Origin: a virus
IMG/VR virus record: IMGVR_UViG_3300031521_000029
Location: 1 to 64,000 of that record
DNA length: 64,000 nucleotides
Strand: one strand, 5' to 3'
The position numbers were made by a program, and so were the translations under genes. Below are positions 9,495 to 19,573 of the stretch, piece by piece. Position 1 is the first letter of the stretch. Each line of letters begins with the position of its first letter. Under the pieces are notes generated by a model. The model had not been told where the DNA came from. It saw nothing but the letters and a program-made list of their open reading frames with translations, and did no database searches.

Positions 9495-9695
9495 TTAGTC
9501 ATTAGGAATTTCCATCGGTTTGGCAACTTTTCCATCCCACAAATTTTCTGGTGGAATAGGGTCTTCTTCCTTGTTTATGAGCCAATCAAGTCGTTGTTGC
9601 CACCAATGTTCAGACCTTAAACGTCCTTCAATTGGCATTTTACCCCACAGTTTGTGACGTAAAATCCAAACAGTTAAACATAAATCAGACCTCAT
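9495..9695 (-). CDS. hypothetical protein
   Basis: Likely start at ATG 9695, just after the upstream ORF stop. Confidence 0.45.
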   Translation of the reverse strand: MRSDLCLTVWILRHKLWGKMPIEGRLRSEHWWQQRLDWLINKEEDPIPPENLWDGKVAKPMEIPND

Positions 9696-9699
9696 TACT

Positions 9700-9945
9700 T
9701 TAATAAATTCCTTTCCAACGTTTTTTATAAGAACGTTCTGCTGCAGAATCATATGATATATCAATTCTTGTACCATACACAGCCCAACCAAGTCTCCAAC
9801 ATTCTCCAATATTTCTACATTCAAAATCTCGACGATGAAGAACTTTATTATTTTTGTCAGTCGGATAAGTTTCCATTACCCAAGGAAATACTTTCCAATT
9901 TAACATCATTCTATTCTGACGAATGTAACAACTAATTTTTTTCAT
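9700..9945 (-). CDS. hypothetical protein
   Basis: 81-aa ORF. Confidence 0.5.
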   Translation of the reverse strand: MKKISCYIRQNRMMLNWKVFPWVMETYPTDKNNKVLHRRDFECRNIGECWRLGWAVYGTRIDISYDSAAERSYKKRWKGIY

Positions 9946-9948
9946 AAA

Positions 9949-10923
9949 TTATATTGTTTCAGGCGACGTAGTTCTATTGCCTTCAAGGTAGACATAATCC
10001 ATAGAATAATCCATAGGTACACCTACAGTTGAATTTGTGGCGTTCATATAGTTATTATACATACGAGTATATGCATTTGTTACAGAACTATCTAATGTAA
10101 TTTCACTACAAGGATTTGTATTAATATATGAATTAGAAGCATCAAACAAAGTAGCGTTCATCAAAGGCATATGTCCATATATTGGCGCCGGAATAACAGT
10201 ATTGGTGATGCCAACCGTGTTATTATTAGTAGTAATACTACTTAAATCAAGTACCGTACTATTTTCTGGAATAGGATAGGGTTCGTCCTCTTCAGAAACA
10301 GACTCATCATCAAATATAGAATTATATTCCGACTTTGTTTGTTCGGGTGATGCCATAACTATTTCATCATATTTCTGTTTTTGACTTTCTGGAATTTTAA
10401 ATCCAATAGTCTCATATTTTTTCAGATGAAATCCCGTAGCCACTTTGTCAGTTACATTATGAAAAATAATTTCTCGATTTTTTAAATCTTCAAAAGAAGT
10501 GTCGCCTACATACAACTTTTCTCCATCAAATCCAAATTGACATGCAGTAAAATCGAAACTATCCACTACTGATGTAAGACTATCAAAAAACTTAAACGAA
10601 ATTAACTGTAATACAATCGTTTTATCATAATTACCATTATGGACATGATACTTTAAAGAAGTATTAAACCGATTGGTTTTTGCCTCTGAAACAATACGAT
10701 TGCCATATGGTATGGTCAACAATGTTCTGTACCAACGTTCACATTGTTGGGCATTTTTGAAAAAAATGTCTATATCACACGACAATGGAATTTGTTCAAT
10801 AGACTTCCATACAGAGCCACCAGCAATCCAAGGGCCATCAATATTGATAGATGGTATTTGTTTGAGTATTGTAAAAAACTCTGAACTTGAATCGATGAAC
10901 TCGGTTATGTCGTGAATTTTCAT
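9949..10923 (-). CDS. nucleotidyltransferase-like (class II / polyA polymerase head-like) with low-complexity tail
   Basis: WIAGGSV...DIDIFF...FDFTACQFG motifs. Confidence 0.65.
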   Translation of the reverse strand: MKIHDITEFIDSSSEFFTILKQIPSINIDGPWIAGGSVWKSIEQIPLSCDIDIFFKNAQQCERWYRTLLTIPYGNRIVSEAKTNRFNTSLKYHVHNGNYDKTIVLQLISFKFFDSLTSVVDSFDFTACQFGFDGEKLYVGDTSFEDLKNREIIFHNVTDKVATGFHLKKYETIGFKIPESQKQKYDEIVMASPEQTKSEYNSIFDDESVSEEDEPYPIPENSTVLDLSSITTNNNTVGITNTVIPAPIYGHMPLMNATLFDASNSYINTNPCSEITLDSSVTNAYTRMYNNYMNATNSTVGVPMDYSMDYVYLEGNRTTSPETI

Positions 10924-11252
10924 TTCTTGAAAGGGTCGTTATTATACCAATCAGCCGGATTTGACGAATCAGATTGTGGAACTAAAATATGACCTGTCAA
11001 AACTTTTTGGAGTTTGGGCATTGAAGGTCTGAACATGACTGGTTTTGGTTTGGATTGTTCAATCAAACTTTTCCTCTGAATTTCTTCAAGAATCAATTTT
11101 GCCGTATCAAAATTCAATTCAAACAGAAACTTGTTACCATCACATTTTTCGTAAATACAAGTCTGTTCTCCCCAATCTGTAATACATACTGAGCATTTAC
11201 ATTTTGGGCAAGGAACCCACACGCTACCAACGGTATCTTTTATAGAAATCAT
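10920..11252 (-). CDS. hypothetical Zn-ribbon protein
   Basis: CPKC...C....C; promoter TTGACT-16-TAGTAT 6 nt before ATG. Confidence 0.6.
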   Translation of the reverse strand: MISIKDTVGSVWVPCPKCKCSVCITDWGEQTCIYEKCDGNKFLFELNFDTAKLILEEIQRKSLIEQSKPKPVMFRPSMPKLQKVLTGHILVPQSDSSNPADWYNNDPFKK

Positions 11253-11290
11253 GACACAATACTATCACGCTTTTATAGAAAGTCAAGTTC

Positions 11291-11485
11291 TTATCCATTC
11301 AAAACTTTCTTACCTCTTTTAACAGACGGTTCAACTTCCTTCAAGTCATTACTTTGCTGATTCATTAAATCATTGACGAGTTGTAATCGGGTAGTATGGT
11401 CATATCCACCAATCGGGTCAGACGTTCCAAGAGTGGCCTTGAGAACATCCATTAACATTAATAATTGTTTTTCACTTACTTTCAT
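11291..11485 (-). CDS. hypothetical protein
   Basis: 64-aa ORF overlapping the upstream stop. Confidence 0.55.
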   Translation of the reverse strand: MKVSEKQLLMLMDVLKATLGTSDPIGGYDHTTRLQLVNDLMNQQSNDLKEVEPSVKRGKKVLNG

Positions 11486-12023
11486 GTAACATCCTTAAAG
11501 TTATTTCAACAGTTCTAACGATATCATTTACAGCATCTTGACACCCATCGACCGTAATATGAGGCAATTTATTTTCTTCCAAAAGGTTACGAATCTGTTC
11601 ATCTATTTCTTTGGATTCCGATTCGGTCTGATTTCTTCCTTTTGGATTATACACTTTCCGTCTACGGAGTAGAATATTAAAGTTATTAACTTTGTTATAT
11701 TCTTCAAACATTAGATTCCTCAACGACTCGCGTTTTTCAGAATCATATATTGCCGTTAACAAAATAGGACTGTCCGTGACTATTACATCAACTTGACCTA
11801 CCAATCGATAAATCCTATGATGTTGTTTTCCAAACATATAGACTTGATTCTCGAATGTTTTAAATCTCTTCTCCCAGACTAAATCTTTTGCGTACTCGGC
11901 TGCCAGTTCACAATCAATACCTTTCCATTTTAGACCGGCAAATATTCCTGCCGCCATGGTGCTTTTGCCACAACCAGGGCCGCCCAATAAATTAACAACT
12001 AACGTAATATTTTTCTTACTCAT
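11472..12023 (-). CDS. NadR/AAA_28-type P-loop kinase
   Basis: GGPGCGKST, EYAKDLVW, IVTDSP, GRNQT. Confidence 0.75.
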   Translation of the reverse strand: MSKKNITLVVNLLGGPGCGKSTMAAGIFAGLKWKGIDCELAAEYAKDLVWEKRFKTFENQVYMFGKQHHRIYRLVGQVDVIVTDSPILLTAIYDSEKRESLRNLMFEEYNKVNNFNILLRRRKVYNPKGRNQTESESKEIDEQIRNLLEENKLPHITVDGCQDAVNDIVRTVEITLRMLHESK

Positions 12024-12235
12024 TGTGATGTTCCTTGTATGCGATTCTGAATAGCTTCAGTAATTAGATGTCTCAACAGTTCAAAGTCGATTGGAGTATC
12101 ACTTGTGAATCCCTGTTTCTCAAAGATTTCAATGATATCATCTGCCGCCAAACACACGTTTAAATCGCCTTGGGTATTTGAAGTTTGTGTTCTATTCATA
12201 TTACAGTATTGTATACAACGTCTGTCGATGGTCAA
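12020..12235 (-). CDS. hypothetical protein
   Basis: Short ORF coupled to the kinase gene (ATGA overlap). Confidence 0.45.
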   Translation of the reverse strand: MTIDRRCIQYCNMNRTQTSNTQGDLNVCLAADDIIEIFEKQGFTSDTPIDFELLRHLITEAIQNRIQGTSQ

Positions 12236-12244
12236 TTTATTATA

Positions 12245-12688
12245 TCAAAACAATGCCCGTTCTATTTCTAGCCAATTGGCAACGACTTTACAGTTCCATA
12301 GTTGTTTGCTGTGTCTGTCATAATCATCAGTTTCGGGATTGATAAGAAACTTTATAACCGTCGGCAATATATGTGTCATGACTTCAGCCCTGTCGTCAAT
12401 CATGAGTTGAATGTTGAGTGCCTTGACAAATATACCCTTGTCACGTCGTTCAAAACAAAAATAAAGATTTTCTGATTTGACGCCCGTCAGATTAAAAAAA
12501 TTCACATAAGATAACCATCGTTCCACTTCCTCTTTCTGCCTAGAATTACACTTAGAAATCATGTAAACATTGTCGCCTCGTTTTACAAGTTCAGAAATGA
12601 CTTTAAAACTATTAGGAGCAATTTTATTTTTATCGGAGTCGCCTCTTATACCTTTAATAGTCCATCCTATATCAATTCCTATATTCAT
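12245..12688 (-). CDS. HAD-superfamily nucleotidase-like protein
   Basis: IGIDIGWTI, ISK, K, and MIDDR motifs. Confidence 0.7.
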   Translation of the reverse strand: MNIGIDIGWTIKGIRGDSDKNKIAPNSFKVISELVKRGDNVYMISKCNSRQKEEVERWLSYVNFFNLTGVKSENLYFCFERRDKGIFVKALNIQLMIDDRAEVMTHILPTVIKFLINPETDDYDRHSKQLWNCKVVANWLEIERALF

Positions 12689-12690
12689 AT

Positions 12691-13383
12691 TTATACGTTC
12701 TTATGATGGTCGCCAGCATCGAACACTTGTTTCTTACTCATAATCGTTCTCAAGTCATCCATGGAATATGGCTTAAGTTGACCGTCCCAACCAACATCCA
12801 AAATCTTAGAATTTAGATTATCAGCTTTCGAGAATGGGCAATTATAATGAGAATGCCCACACAAGTTCCACACTCCGTCTTTCATGTTATTAAACACGTA
12901 AAGCGGATAATGTTCAAGAACCATACACTGTCCATCCACAATCAATTCTTGATAGTTACCAAAGAACACAAGGTTTTTATATCGTAATGGATAGATTTCA
13001 ATATCTTCCGACGAACCGGTATAGTTGGTAACATTCGTAATTTGTTTAATCTTTTCAACTTCACGTTGATAAACATTCCAAGTAGGGCTGTTGTGATTAC
13101 CCCACAAACAATAAATGTTTTGACACTGTAGTCTTCCAATGAAGTCATTGAGTTGATTTTCATTACAATTCAAAGTCAAATCACCCAAATGCCACAAAAT
13201 GTCGTTTGGACGAACAATTTTGTTGATTGTAGTAATTTGGTCTTCATCCATTTCTTCGCCACTTTCATAACCACGTTGTTCATGTAACGGAACCGTCCAC
13301 TTTGGGCGATGAAAGTGATGTAAATCACTAATAAAGTAAACCTTCTGTTCATCCGTCTGTCTTATTCTTACTGTCTTATTCAT
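12691..13383 (-). CDS. calcineurin-like metallophosphoesterase
   Basis: SDLH, LGD, GNH, GHSH and DVG motifs. Confidence 0.9.
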   Translation of the reverse strand: MNKTVRIRQTDEQKVYFISDLHHFHRPKWTVPLHEQRGYESGEEMDEDQITTINKIVRPNDILWHLGDLTLNCNENQLNDFIGRLQCQNIYCLWGNHNSPTWNVYQREVEKIKQITNVTNYTGSSEDIEIYPLRYKNLVFFGNYQELIVDGQCMVLEHYPLYVFNNMKDGVWNLCGHSHYNCPFSKADNLNSKILDVGWDGQLKPYSMDDLRTIMSKKQVFDAGDHHKNV

Positions 13384-14021
13384 AAATTTTTTAAATTAAT
13401 TCCTGTTTCGGTTAACAACGCATATTGTTTAAACTTGAGGGCGCCGACCGAATATCGTTTTGCCTTTACGCCTTCATATTCTTCAACAAATGCTTTATGT
13501 GTATGTCCGTGAACCGCTCCCAATGTCTTATCATCAATAGGGTAAATCGTCTTGAATTTATCTGCGGTCAAGCCATTCTTGTCATTAAAATTCCACAAAT
13601 TATAAGGCTCGTGGTGAAAGCATAGATAATTTTCACCATTTGGCAACACCAATTTAAATCCCCTAGGCAGAGTCCTAAGATACTTAATATGAATTGATTC
13701 ATCTAAATTATATGTCGGGATATTCCTCACATCACGCAACACATTACTTAAAGTAAAACTATCACCTGAATATGATGATTCAATAAAACTCTCATGATTT
13801 CCATCGATACATGGAATTTTATTTTCAATGAAATAATTAATTGAATGTTTGTTAAATTCTTCCTTGACACCAAACAAATCGGTTATATCACCAAGACATA
13901 TAAGTTTGGCAGTAGGATACAAATTACGTACCTCGTCAATTCTTTTTAAGTGACAATGGCTATCAGTTATTATTACTAATGGAAACTGAGTTATTTGTAT
14001 TGTTTCAATTATCATTCTCAT
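13380..14021 (-). CDS. calcineurin-like metallophosphoesterase
   Basis: TDSH, LGDI, GNHE and HGHTH motifs. Confidence 0.9.
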   Translation of the reverse strand: MRMIIETIQITQFPLVIITDSHCHLKRIDEVRNLYPTAKLICLGDITDLFGVKEEFNKHSINYFIENKIPCIDGNHESFIESSYSGDSFTLSNVLRDVRNIPTYNLDESIHIKYLRTLPRGFKLVLPNGENYLCFHHEPYNLWNFNDKNGLTADKFKTIYPIDDKTLGAVHGHTHKAFVEEYEGVKAKRYSVGALKFKQYALLTETGINLKNL

Positions 14022-14036
14022 CCTTTACCACACTCG

Positions 14037-14312
14037 TCATTCATCGTCACCATGACCATCATTATGGGATTCAATACTTTTCAACCAATTGCGTTTCATT
14101 GTCTCGACGTCTTCAGTCCCATCGGCAACTTTGAATGCTCCTTTACTTCTCGGGTCTTCCATTAAACGTTCATATGTGTATTGATGAAAGTAAGAGTCGT
14201 GAATTTTATCTTCAAATCCTTTTAATTGAAGTCTGTATGTTTGTGTTTCTTCTATCAACACAAACACACTACCATCATCCAGTCGAATAATTTTTTTAGG
14301 TAAACTTTTCAT
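14037..14312 (-). CDS. hypothetical protein
   Basis: 91-aa ORF, ATGA overlap. Confidence 0.6.
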   Translation of the reverse strand: MKSLPKKIIRLDDGSVFVLIEETQTYRLQLKGFEDKIHDSYFHQYTYERLMEDPRSKGAFKVADGTEDVETMKRNWLKSIESHNDGHGDDE

Positions 14313-14887
14313 TTTTGAATGTTTATAAGAATATTTCTCAATTCCAAAAACACTTGGAAAGTGATTTCAGTATCATACTTTGCGCTATGAACAATCGTTG
14401 CGTCCAACGGAATTTTAAAATATTCAGCTAATGAAGTAAGACTACCAGAAACTTCTTCAGGAAACAATCCTACGGACTTCAAAAACTGACAAGTCGAACT
14501 TGTATCCAATTTACGATATGACGTGAAAGTTTCCCAGGAACCACGACTCATTAGATGATAGATAATCCACTCAACATCACCATGAATTCCATGGCCAACA
14601 ACCGTAGCTTTTACCTTTCCGTTGTCGGTTAGAGTCTTAAGCCAATTATAGAGTTTGGTTGCGCCTTCCTTGTAAGTTATCGTCATCTTGTCGTGGACAG
14701 ACAAATCGATTCTATTGATTGCCATCGCCTCGCCACAGACTTTATAAATTCCGTCATCCGGCTTCAATTGTAAACTAAGCGTTCCGATAACGTTAAAGTT
14801 ATCATCAGTCATCATAAAATATGATGTTAGAAGCGAATATTTGTCTTTTTCAAGACCACCCATCTCATTGTCTAAGAATAAATACAT
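14309..14887 (-). CDS. DEDDh 3'-5' exonuclease (DnaQ-like)
   Basis: FLDNEMGGL, GHGIHGD, LDT, HSAKYD. Confidence 0.85.
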   Translation of the reverse strand: MYLFLDNEMGGLEKDKYSLLTSYFMMTDDNFNVIGTLSLQLKPDDGIYKVCGEAMAINRIDLSVHDKMTITYKEGATKLYNWLKTLTDNGKVKATVVGHGIHGDVEWIIYHLMSRGSWETFTSYRKLDTSSTCQFLKSVGLFPEEVSGSLTSLAEYFKIPLDATIVHSAKYDTEITFQVFLELRNILINIQK

Positions 14888-14930
14888 GATAGAAGGGTAA
14901 CATAAGTGACATGAGAAGTCAAGCGTTCAA

Positions 14931-15323
14931 CTAATACAGTTCTTTAACCGTGGCCCGTTCTTTAAGCCAACCTTTTAACGCCCAATTGTAATGAGAATAG
15001 TTTGGGTCTTCTGGAATATGGCAGAAAGCATGAAACAAATCAAAGATGATAGTATTCATTAATATATCGTCGAAACTTGATTCTTTGGTTAATCCGTTAT
15101 ATCCATTTATCAACCAATTGTGGTCAATATCCAAAGGAATGTGTACTTCCAATCCAAAGTCAAATGTAGCATATGCCATTACTGGAATATCTTCGGGATA
15201 ATTTTCTTTACCTGTTTCTTCGTCTATTTTTTTGTAAATACTATATTCAATTGTAAGTGGTGGATTGAAATAAATTTCATTGCCGTTATTTTCTTTAATG
15301 AATTCAAAAACAAACTTTTGCAT
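14931..15323 (-). CDS. hypothetical protein
   Basis: 130-aa ORF. Confidence 0.55.
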   Translation of the reverse strand: MQKFVFEFIKENNGNEIYFNPPLTIEYSIYKKIDEETGKENYPEDIPVMAYATFDFGLEVHIPLDIDHNWLINGYNGLTKESSFDDILMNTIIFDLFHAFCHIPEDPNYSHYNWALKGWLKERATVKELY

Positions 15324-15328
15324 TAATT

Positions 15329-15568
15329 TTAATTAGTTAAATTTTTTCTCCAAGCGCAGTTATTCGGCCACCAAATCATTTTCCCACTCTCCCACAATCG
15401 TAATCCATCACCATATCGTTCAGCATCATCCTTTTCAGCAAGTTTTACACTTACTCTTATCCATACAGGCGAATTGCCAGTAATCCAATTACAATATTCC
15501 CATTCTCCTGGTTCAGTTGGATATGGTCTGGGTTGACCACAACAAGAACATAATTGATTATTTGTCAT
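15329..15568 (-). CDS. hypothetical protein
   Basis: Likely start at ATG 15568, overlapping the ligase stop. Confidence 0.5.
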   Translation of the reverse strand: MTNNQLCSCCGQPRPYPTEPGEWEYCNWITGNSPVWIRVSVKLAEKDDAERYGDGLRLWESGKMIWWPNNCAWRKNLTN

Positions 15569-16799
15569 TAAGGTAATTTTCCCAATCGATACGGGCATAG
15601 TTTGGTTTACCATAACCAGTCCATTTGTTAAATATAACAGTCACCTTGTCTTGTTTAAGAATTTCTTTATATTCACCACTTACCCAAAGACGTATCGCTT
15701 CATCTTCATCAATGTTTTTGAATGTAGCATCAAAAGTGTCCGTCCCATCCAAATATTTTTTACCATCAAGACGTTGAAACGTAATTGTCGAAACACGGCC
15801 AGCATTTTTGCCTACACCTTCCTGAACGCTGATAGGTTTAAATTCATCATCATCAATAGGTTTATATTTCAATAGAAACTTAGACCGTTTGTTTTCATAA
15901 CCTTCGCCAAGAATACGAAGTATGGCGCCCTCTTGCTTGTCATCCAAGAATTTATTGTACAAATCCTCAAGTTCTTTCTCCGAATGAACCACCCAAGTAG
16001 GAACGTTATGAATGACGTCTTTATAACGGTCTTTAAAACAAGGGGCAAAGAAAGCATTATCAATAGCTGCCTTTCTTTCAAGATATCCATCAGTTTGTAA
16101 AACATTCGGGCCATCTTTTGTGGCCGGAAATCCATATCCGTCGTAAATATAGAAGCGAATCAATTCCTTACTCCGTTGTAAATCTTGTGGAGTAATATGA
16201 ACAGTCTTCCGAAGAAGTTTCATGATTTGATTCAGTTTTTCACGGAAACTATAATTAAATCCTTCGCCGTCTAGGATAGCATTGGGAAATTTTAGAAAGA
16301 ATGGCTTAAGAGCTTCTTCAATGTGAGGAATGGAAACATACCGTTCACCTTTACGAGAAAACAAACCATCTTTAGACGCCACAATACGTCCACCATTATA
16401 TTTGATTTGAACACCTACACCTTTAGTCCAATCGATTTTGTCTTTATAGTCACCGTAATTTTTAGCCAACATTACTTGGAAAAATTTATCCTCGTCAATA
16501 TTGTTAATGTCAAGCCAATATCCATTTGACTTCAACTGTTTGTCGTATTTCGATTGAATGTCTTTGGTTGCTTGGTCTTCTGCTGTGGTTTGATTTGCCC
16601 GGCCGATATTTTTACCCTTTACCACCGTATTTTCCGCGATAATCTTTTTGCCGTCAATCTGACCAGATGTTGAATAATACTTTTCGTTGTCTTGTTCTAT
16701 CCACCAAACTTGTACTGCTCCTGTTGAAGTTCTAGCGTAAAGTGTTGGCCAGACTTTCTTTGTGGTCTGTCTTGTAGGAATATTAAAAAAGTCACTCAT
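15558..16799 (-). CDS. ATP-dependent DNA ligase
   Basis: MLAK, motif I QIKYNGGR, LDGEG, FYIYD, EGAILR, KRSKFLLKYK, OB-fold C-terminus. Confidence 0.9.
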   Translation of the reverse strand: MSDFFNIPTRQTTKKVWPTLYARTSTGAVQVWWIEQDNEKYYSTSGQIDGKKIIAENTVVKGKNIGRANQTTAEDQATKDIQSKYDKQLKSNGYWLDINNIDEDKFFQVMLAKNYGDYKDKIDWTKGVGVQIKYNGGRIVASKDGLFSRKGERYVSIPHIEEALKPFFLKFPNAILDGEGFNYSFREKLNQIMKLLRKTVHITPQDLQRSKELIRFYIYDGYGFPATKDGPNVLQTDGYLERKAAIDNAFFAPCFKDRYKDVIHNVPTWVVHSEKELEDLYNKFLDDKQEGAILRILGEGYENKRSKFLLKYKPIDDDEFKPISVQEGVGKNAGRVSTITFQRLDGKKYLDGTDTFDATFKNIDEDEAIRLWVSGEYKEILKQDKVTVIFNKWTGYGKPNYARIDWENYLNDK

Positions 16800-17269
16800 A
16801 TTTATTTTTTAGTAGTGGAACCGAACATGATAAAATCTGCCAATTTGCTATAGTCATCTTTATGCTTTTCATCATAGTGAGTTTTGCACAAAAGGTCACG
16901 TCCCTCATGGATAGATATCCTTTTGCCACATACTTCACACTTAGTCCGCACTTTTGATTTCTTCATTTATGATATACTACCAAAACAGTATCCATAGTCA
17001 AGCCTTCGATTTGTCTTGTCTTATTTTGAGACACCTGTTACTATTTGATTAATCTCGTTGATTCTTGTAAAGTTTTTGATTGGCCAGACGATTTTGAGAC
17101 GAATCGAACAAAACTTCCAATAACCATAAGAAAAATTTATACATAAAAGTAATTTTAGTAATTTTCATGAAATGAGTTTTAAATAACAGTCGTTTTGATG
17201 ATTATTTTTTATTTTTTTCACTCATATCTTAAACTTTTTTCCGTTAACTTCAATCTCCAATTTAGGCTT

Positions 17270-17728
17270 CTACGAATAAAGAGGAAATTTTGAAAGTAAT
17301 GATGACAATTTTTCCTTATAACCAAAAACATACGCACATGTAATTTCAGTACGATGAAAGAAATACTTACCTGAATCAGTCTTGGATGGTTCGAACATAT
17401 TAAGTACATGAGTATCGATATAAGGTATTATTTCGGAAGAGATGGGAATTACATAATCAGGGTCTATAATTTCATCACATTCAGTCACGCCAGTATTACT
17501 ACATTCGGTCAACGTGTCTCCGATTTCTTTTTTTGATGCAGACAAGACAATAGCCGTTCCAAATCCCTGTGGAGTCTGGGCTTGCCACCGTCTGACAGTA
17601 TCAACATTACCAAACTTATGGATGAAGGCATTAGACGCGTGGGAGGCCTGGGCTGCCGCACGACCCGCTCCTAGGCTGGGGAGGTCGTTTCTCATCAAGA
17701 TATACAAATATAGATTTTCGTCACTCAT
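17270..17728 (-). CDS. peptidyl-tRNA hydrolase, Pth2-like
   Basis: LYILMRNDL...GRAAAQASHA...TAIVL...T..T matches the PTH2 signature. Confidence 0.75.
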   Translation of the reverse strand: MSDENLYLYILMRNDLPSLGAGRAAAQASHASNAFIHKFGNVDTVRRWQAQTPQGFGTAIVLSASKKEIGDTLTECSNTGVTECDEIIDPDYVIPISSEIIPYIDTHVLNMFEPSKTDSGKYFFHRTEITCAYVFGYKEKLSSLLSKFPLYS

Positions 17729-17764
17729 ATTTAAAGTTTACAGTGTTTAATATAAAAGTCAAGA

Positions 17765-17956
17765 CTATCTTTTAGGCATAAAGTCATCTTTATCCAACCA
17801 GAAGAAATCTTCTTCAAAACAATAGTAATGAACACCTTGTAGAGTTTTATGAAAAGCTCTAATGTAATGGTTGCCGTTTGATAGTATAAACGTCTTACCC
17901 CTAAACTCATAAGTTGGGTATTTAACAACTAATTCGTGTGGTATATGAATATTCAT
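17765..17956 (-). CDS. hypothetical protein
   Basis: 63-aa ORF, ATGA overlap. Confidence 0.5.
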   Translation of the reverse strand: MNIHIPHELVVKYPTYEFRGKTFILSNGNHYIRAFHKTLQGVHYYCFEEDFFWLDKDDFMPKR

Positions 17957-18165
17957 TCAATTCCCATTTCATTTAGAATTTCTCTTGCCAATTCCGTTGT
18001 ACCGTCTTCCATACCCATACTATAAGTATCATCAGCATTGCCGCAGTAATATGATGGTGTGTCAGTTCCATCAAAGTTATCCATACAAGTCTTTCGTTTA
18101 GATAATACTTTTAACTTTTCAATAAACTTTTCATTCATATTTTTTAATTGATGATATGGTTTCAA
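17953..18165 (-). CDS. hypothetical protein
   Basis: 70-aa ORF. Confidence 0.5.
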   Translation of the reverse strand: MKPYHQLKNMNEKFIEKLKVLSKRKTCMDNFDGTDTPSYYCGNADDTYSMGMEDGTTELAREILNEMGIE

Positions 18166-18322
18166 ATATTTCCTCTATCTGATAAACATTCCCATTACAT
18201 GTAAAATCTGCCGCCGCTGATGAACCATACATACTAGAATTAGTAAACTGATTATCATCCGCCGTTTTGGCTGCTTTCAAAACTTCATTATATTCACGTT
18301 TTGATATGTTTACGAGTTTCAT
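18131..18322 (-). CDS. hypothetical protein
   Basis: 63-aa ORF. Confidence 0.45.
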   Translation of the reverse strand: MKLVNISKREYNEVLKAAKTADDNQFTNSSMYGSSAAADFTCNGNVYQIEEIFETISSIKKYE

Positions 18323-18469
18323 ATTAGTATGAATCTTCTACTTCTTCTTTCCACAGTATCTTAACACTGGAAGCAGTAAAATCAAGTTGTTCCTTAACGA
18401 AAGCAACACAAGCATCCATTTCATCTTTTGGATTGTCATAACCATCCATGTTTAGTTCGATTAATATTT

Positions 18470-19573
18470 TCATACGGCAATGTTCATTTTAATTGTTGAG
18501 TGTGATTGATAATTTTCAAGTTTAATGTCTTCGTACTTGAAATCAAATAAAGACTTAACTTCAGGATTCAACCACAACTTAGGTAAATCTTTTGGTTCAT
18601 TTTTTAATTGCAACTTGAGTTGGTCAATATGATTAGTATAAATATGTAAATCTCCATGTGAATGGGTAAATGTACCTGGAACCATACCAACACAGTGAGC
18701 GACTAATGCCGTCAATAATGCGTAACTCGTTATGTTAAAGGGAATTCCAAGTCCAACGTCATTACTGCGTTGGTATAGTAAACAATTCAATCTGCGTTTT
18801 GGAATGTTATATTCTTCCAAAAAATGTAAATCGTCTTTGCCATAACTATTTTCACCATTTAAAAATCCACACTTATCCCACAATAAGGAAAATCTTTCAC
18901 TATCAGACAATTCTTCCGTATTGAAATGATAAAGACAATGACATGGTGGCAATGCGCAACGGTCAACCCAGTAGGGATGCCAGGCCGATACAATCATCCG
19001 TCGGTCATCTGGATTAGTTTTAAGTTTATCAATTACCTTTTGAAGTTGGTCAACTTTACCTTCTACTCCCGATACCGTACCTGTCAGCGAACCATATTCG
19101 CAATCAGGAACATCATAATAGTAAGGAAATGCTCGCCACATACCACCATATGTTCCTTCGCCAAGTTCGCCCCATTTATTCGCAAACTCAGTATCAGATT
19201 TAATACGGTCTATAAAAGTTTTTTGGTCGTAACACTCTATTCCTTGTCTATCCTGATTCCAACATTCATCGTCAGTATAAACTCCAGATTTTTTGTATTT
19301 AGCATGCGCCCATTCATCCCAGATATGAACATCATTATCTACAAGATATTTAATGTTTGTATCACCTTTAATGAACCATAACAATTCGTGAACTATTGCA
19401 CGAAAATATATTCGTTTAGTTGTTAATATAGGAAATTCACTTAAAGACACTTTATATTTAGATTGTTCTCCAAATACACCAATCGTATCTATTCCCGTCC
19501 TATTGTGTTTAAGTTTTCCGTTAGTTAAAACTGTGGTAATTAATCTATTATATTCTTCATCTACACGATTCAT
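18470..19573 (-). CDS. thyA: thymidylate synthase
   Basis: RTG, FPILTTK, ELLWF, IWDEW, DRRM, LPPCH, YQRSND, PFNI, DLHIY; uninterrupted. Confidence 0.97.
   Translation of the reverse strand: MNRVDEEYNRLITTVLTNGKLKHNRTGIDTIGVFGEQSKYKVSLSEFPILTTKRIYFRAIVHELLWFIKGDTNIKYLVDNDVHIWDEWAHAKYKKSGVYTDDECWNQDRQGIECYDQKTFIDRIKSDTEFANKWGELGEGTYGGMWRAFPYYYDVPDCEYGSLTGTVSGVEGKVDQLQKVIDKLKTNPDDRRMIVSAWHPYWVDRCALPPCHCLYHFNTEELSDSERFSLLWDKCGFLNGENSYGKDDLHFLEEYNIPKRRLNCLLYQRSNDVGLGIPFNITSYALLTALVAHCVGMVPGTFTHSHGDLHIYTNHIDQLKLQLKNEPKDLPKLWLNPEVKSLFDFKYEDIKLENYQSHSTIKMNIAV

Noticed and set aside
15558-16799. Ligase motif I KYNG instead of KxDG
   Set aside because: The catalytic Lys and other motifs are intact, so this is not enough to infer an altered function.
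18470-19573. Intron in thyA, or inteins in polB or the helicase
   Set aside because: Reading frames are continuous and of normal length; the HEG is free-standing upstream of thyA.
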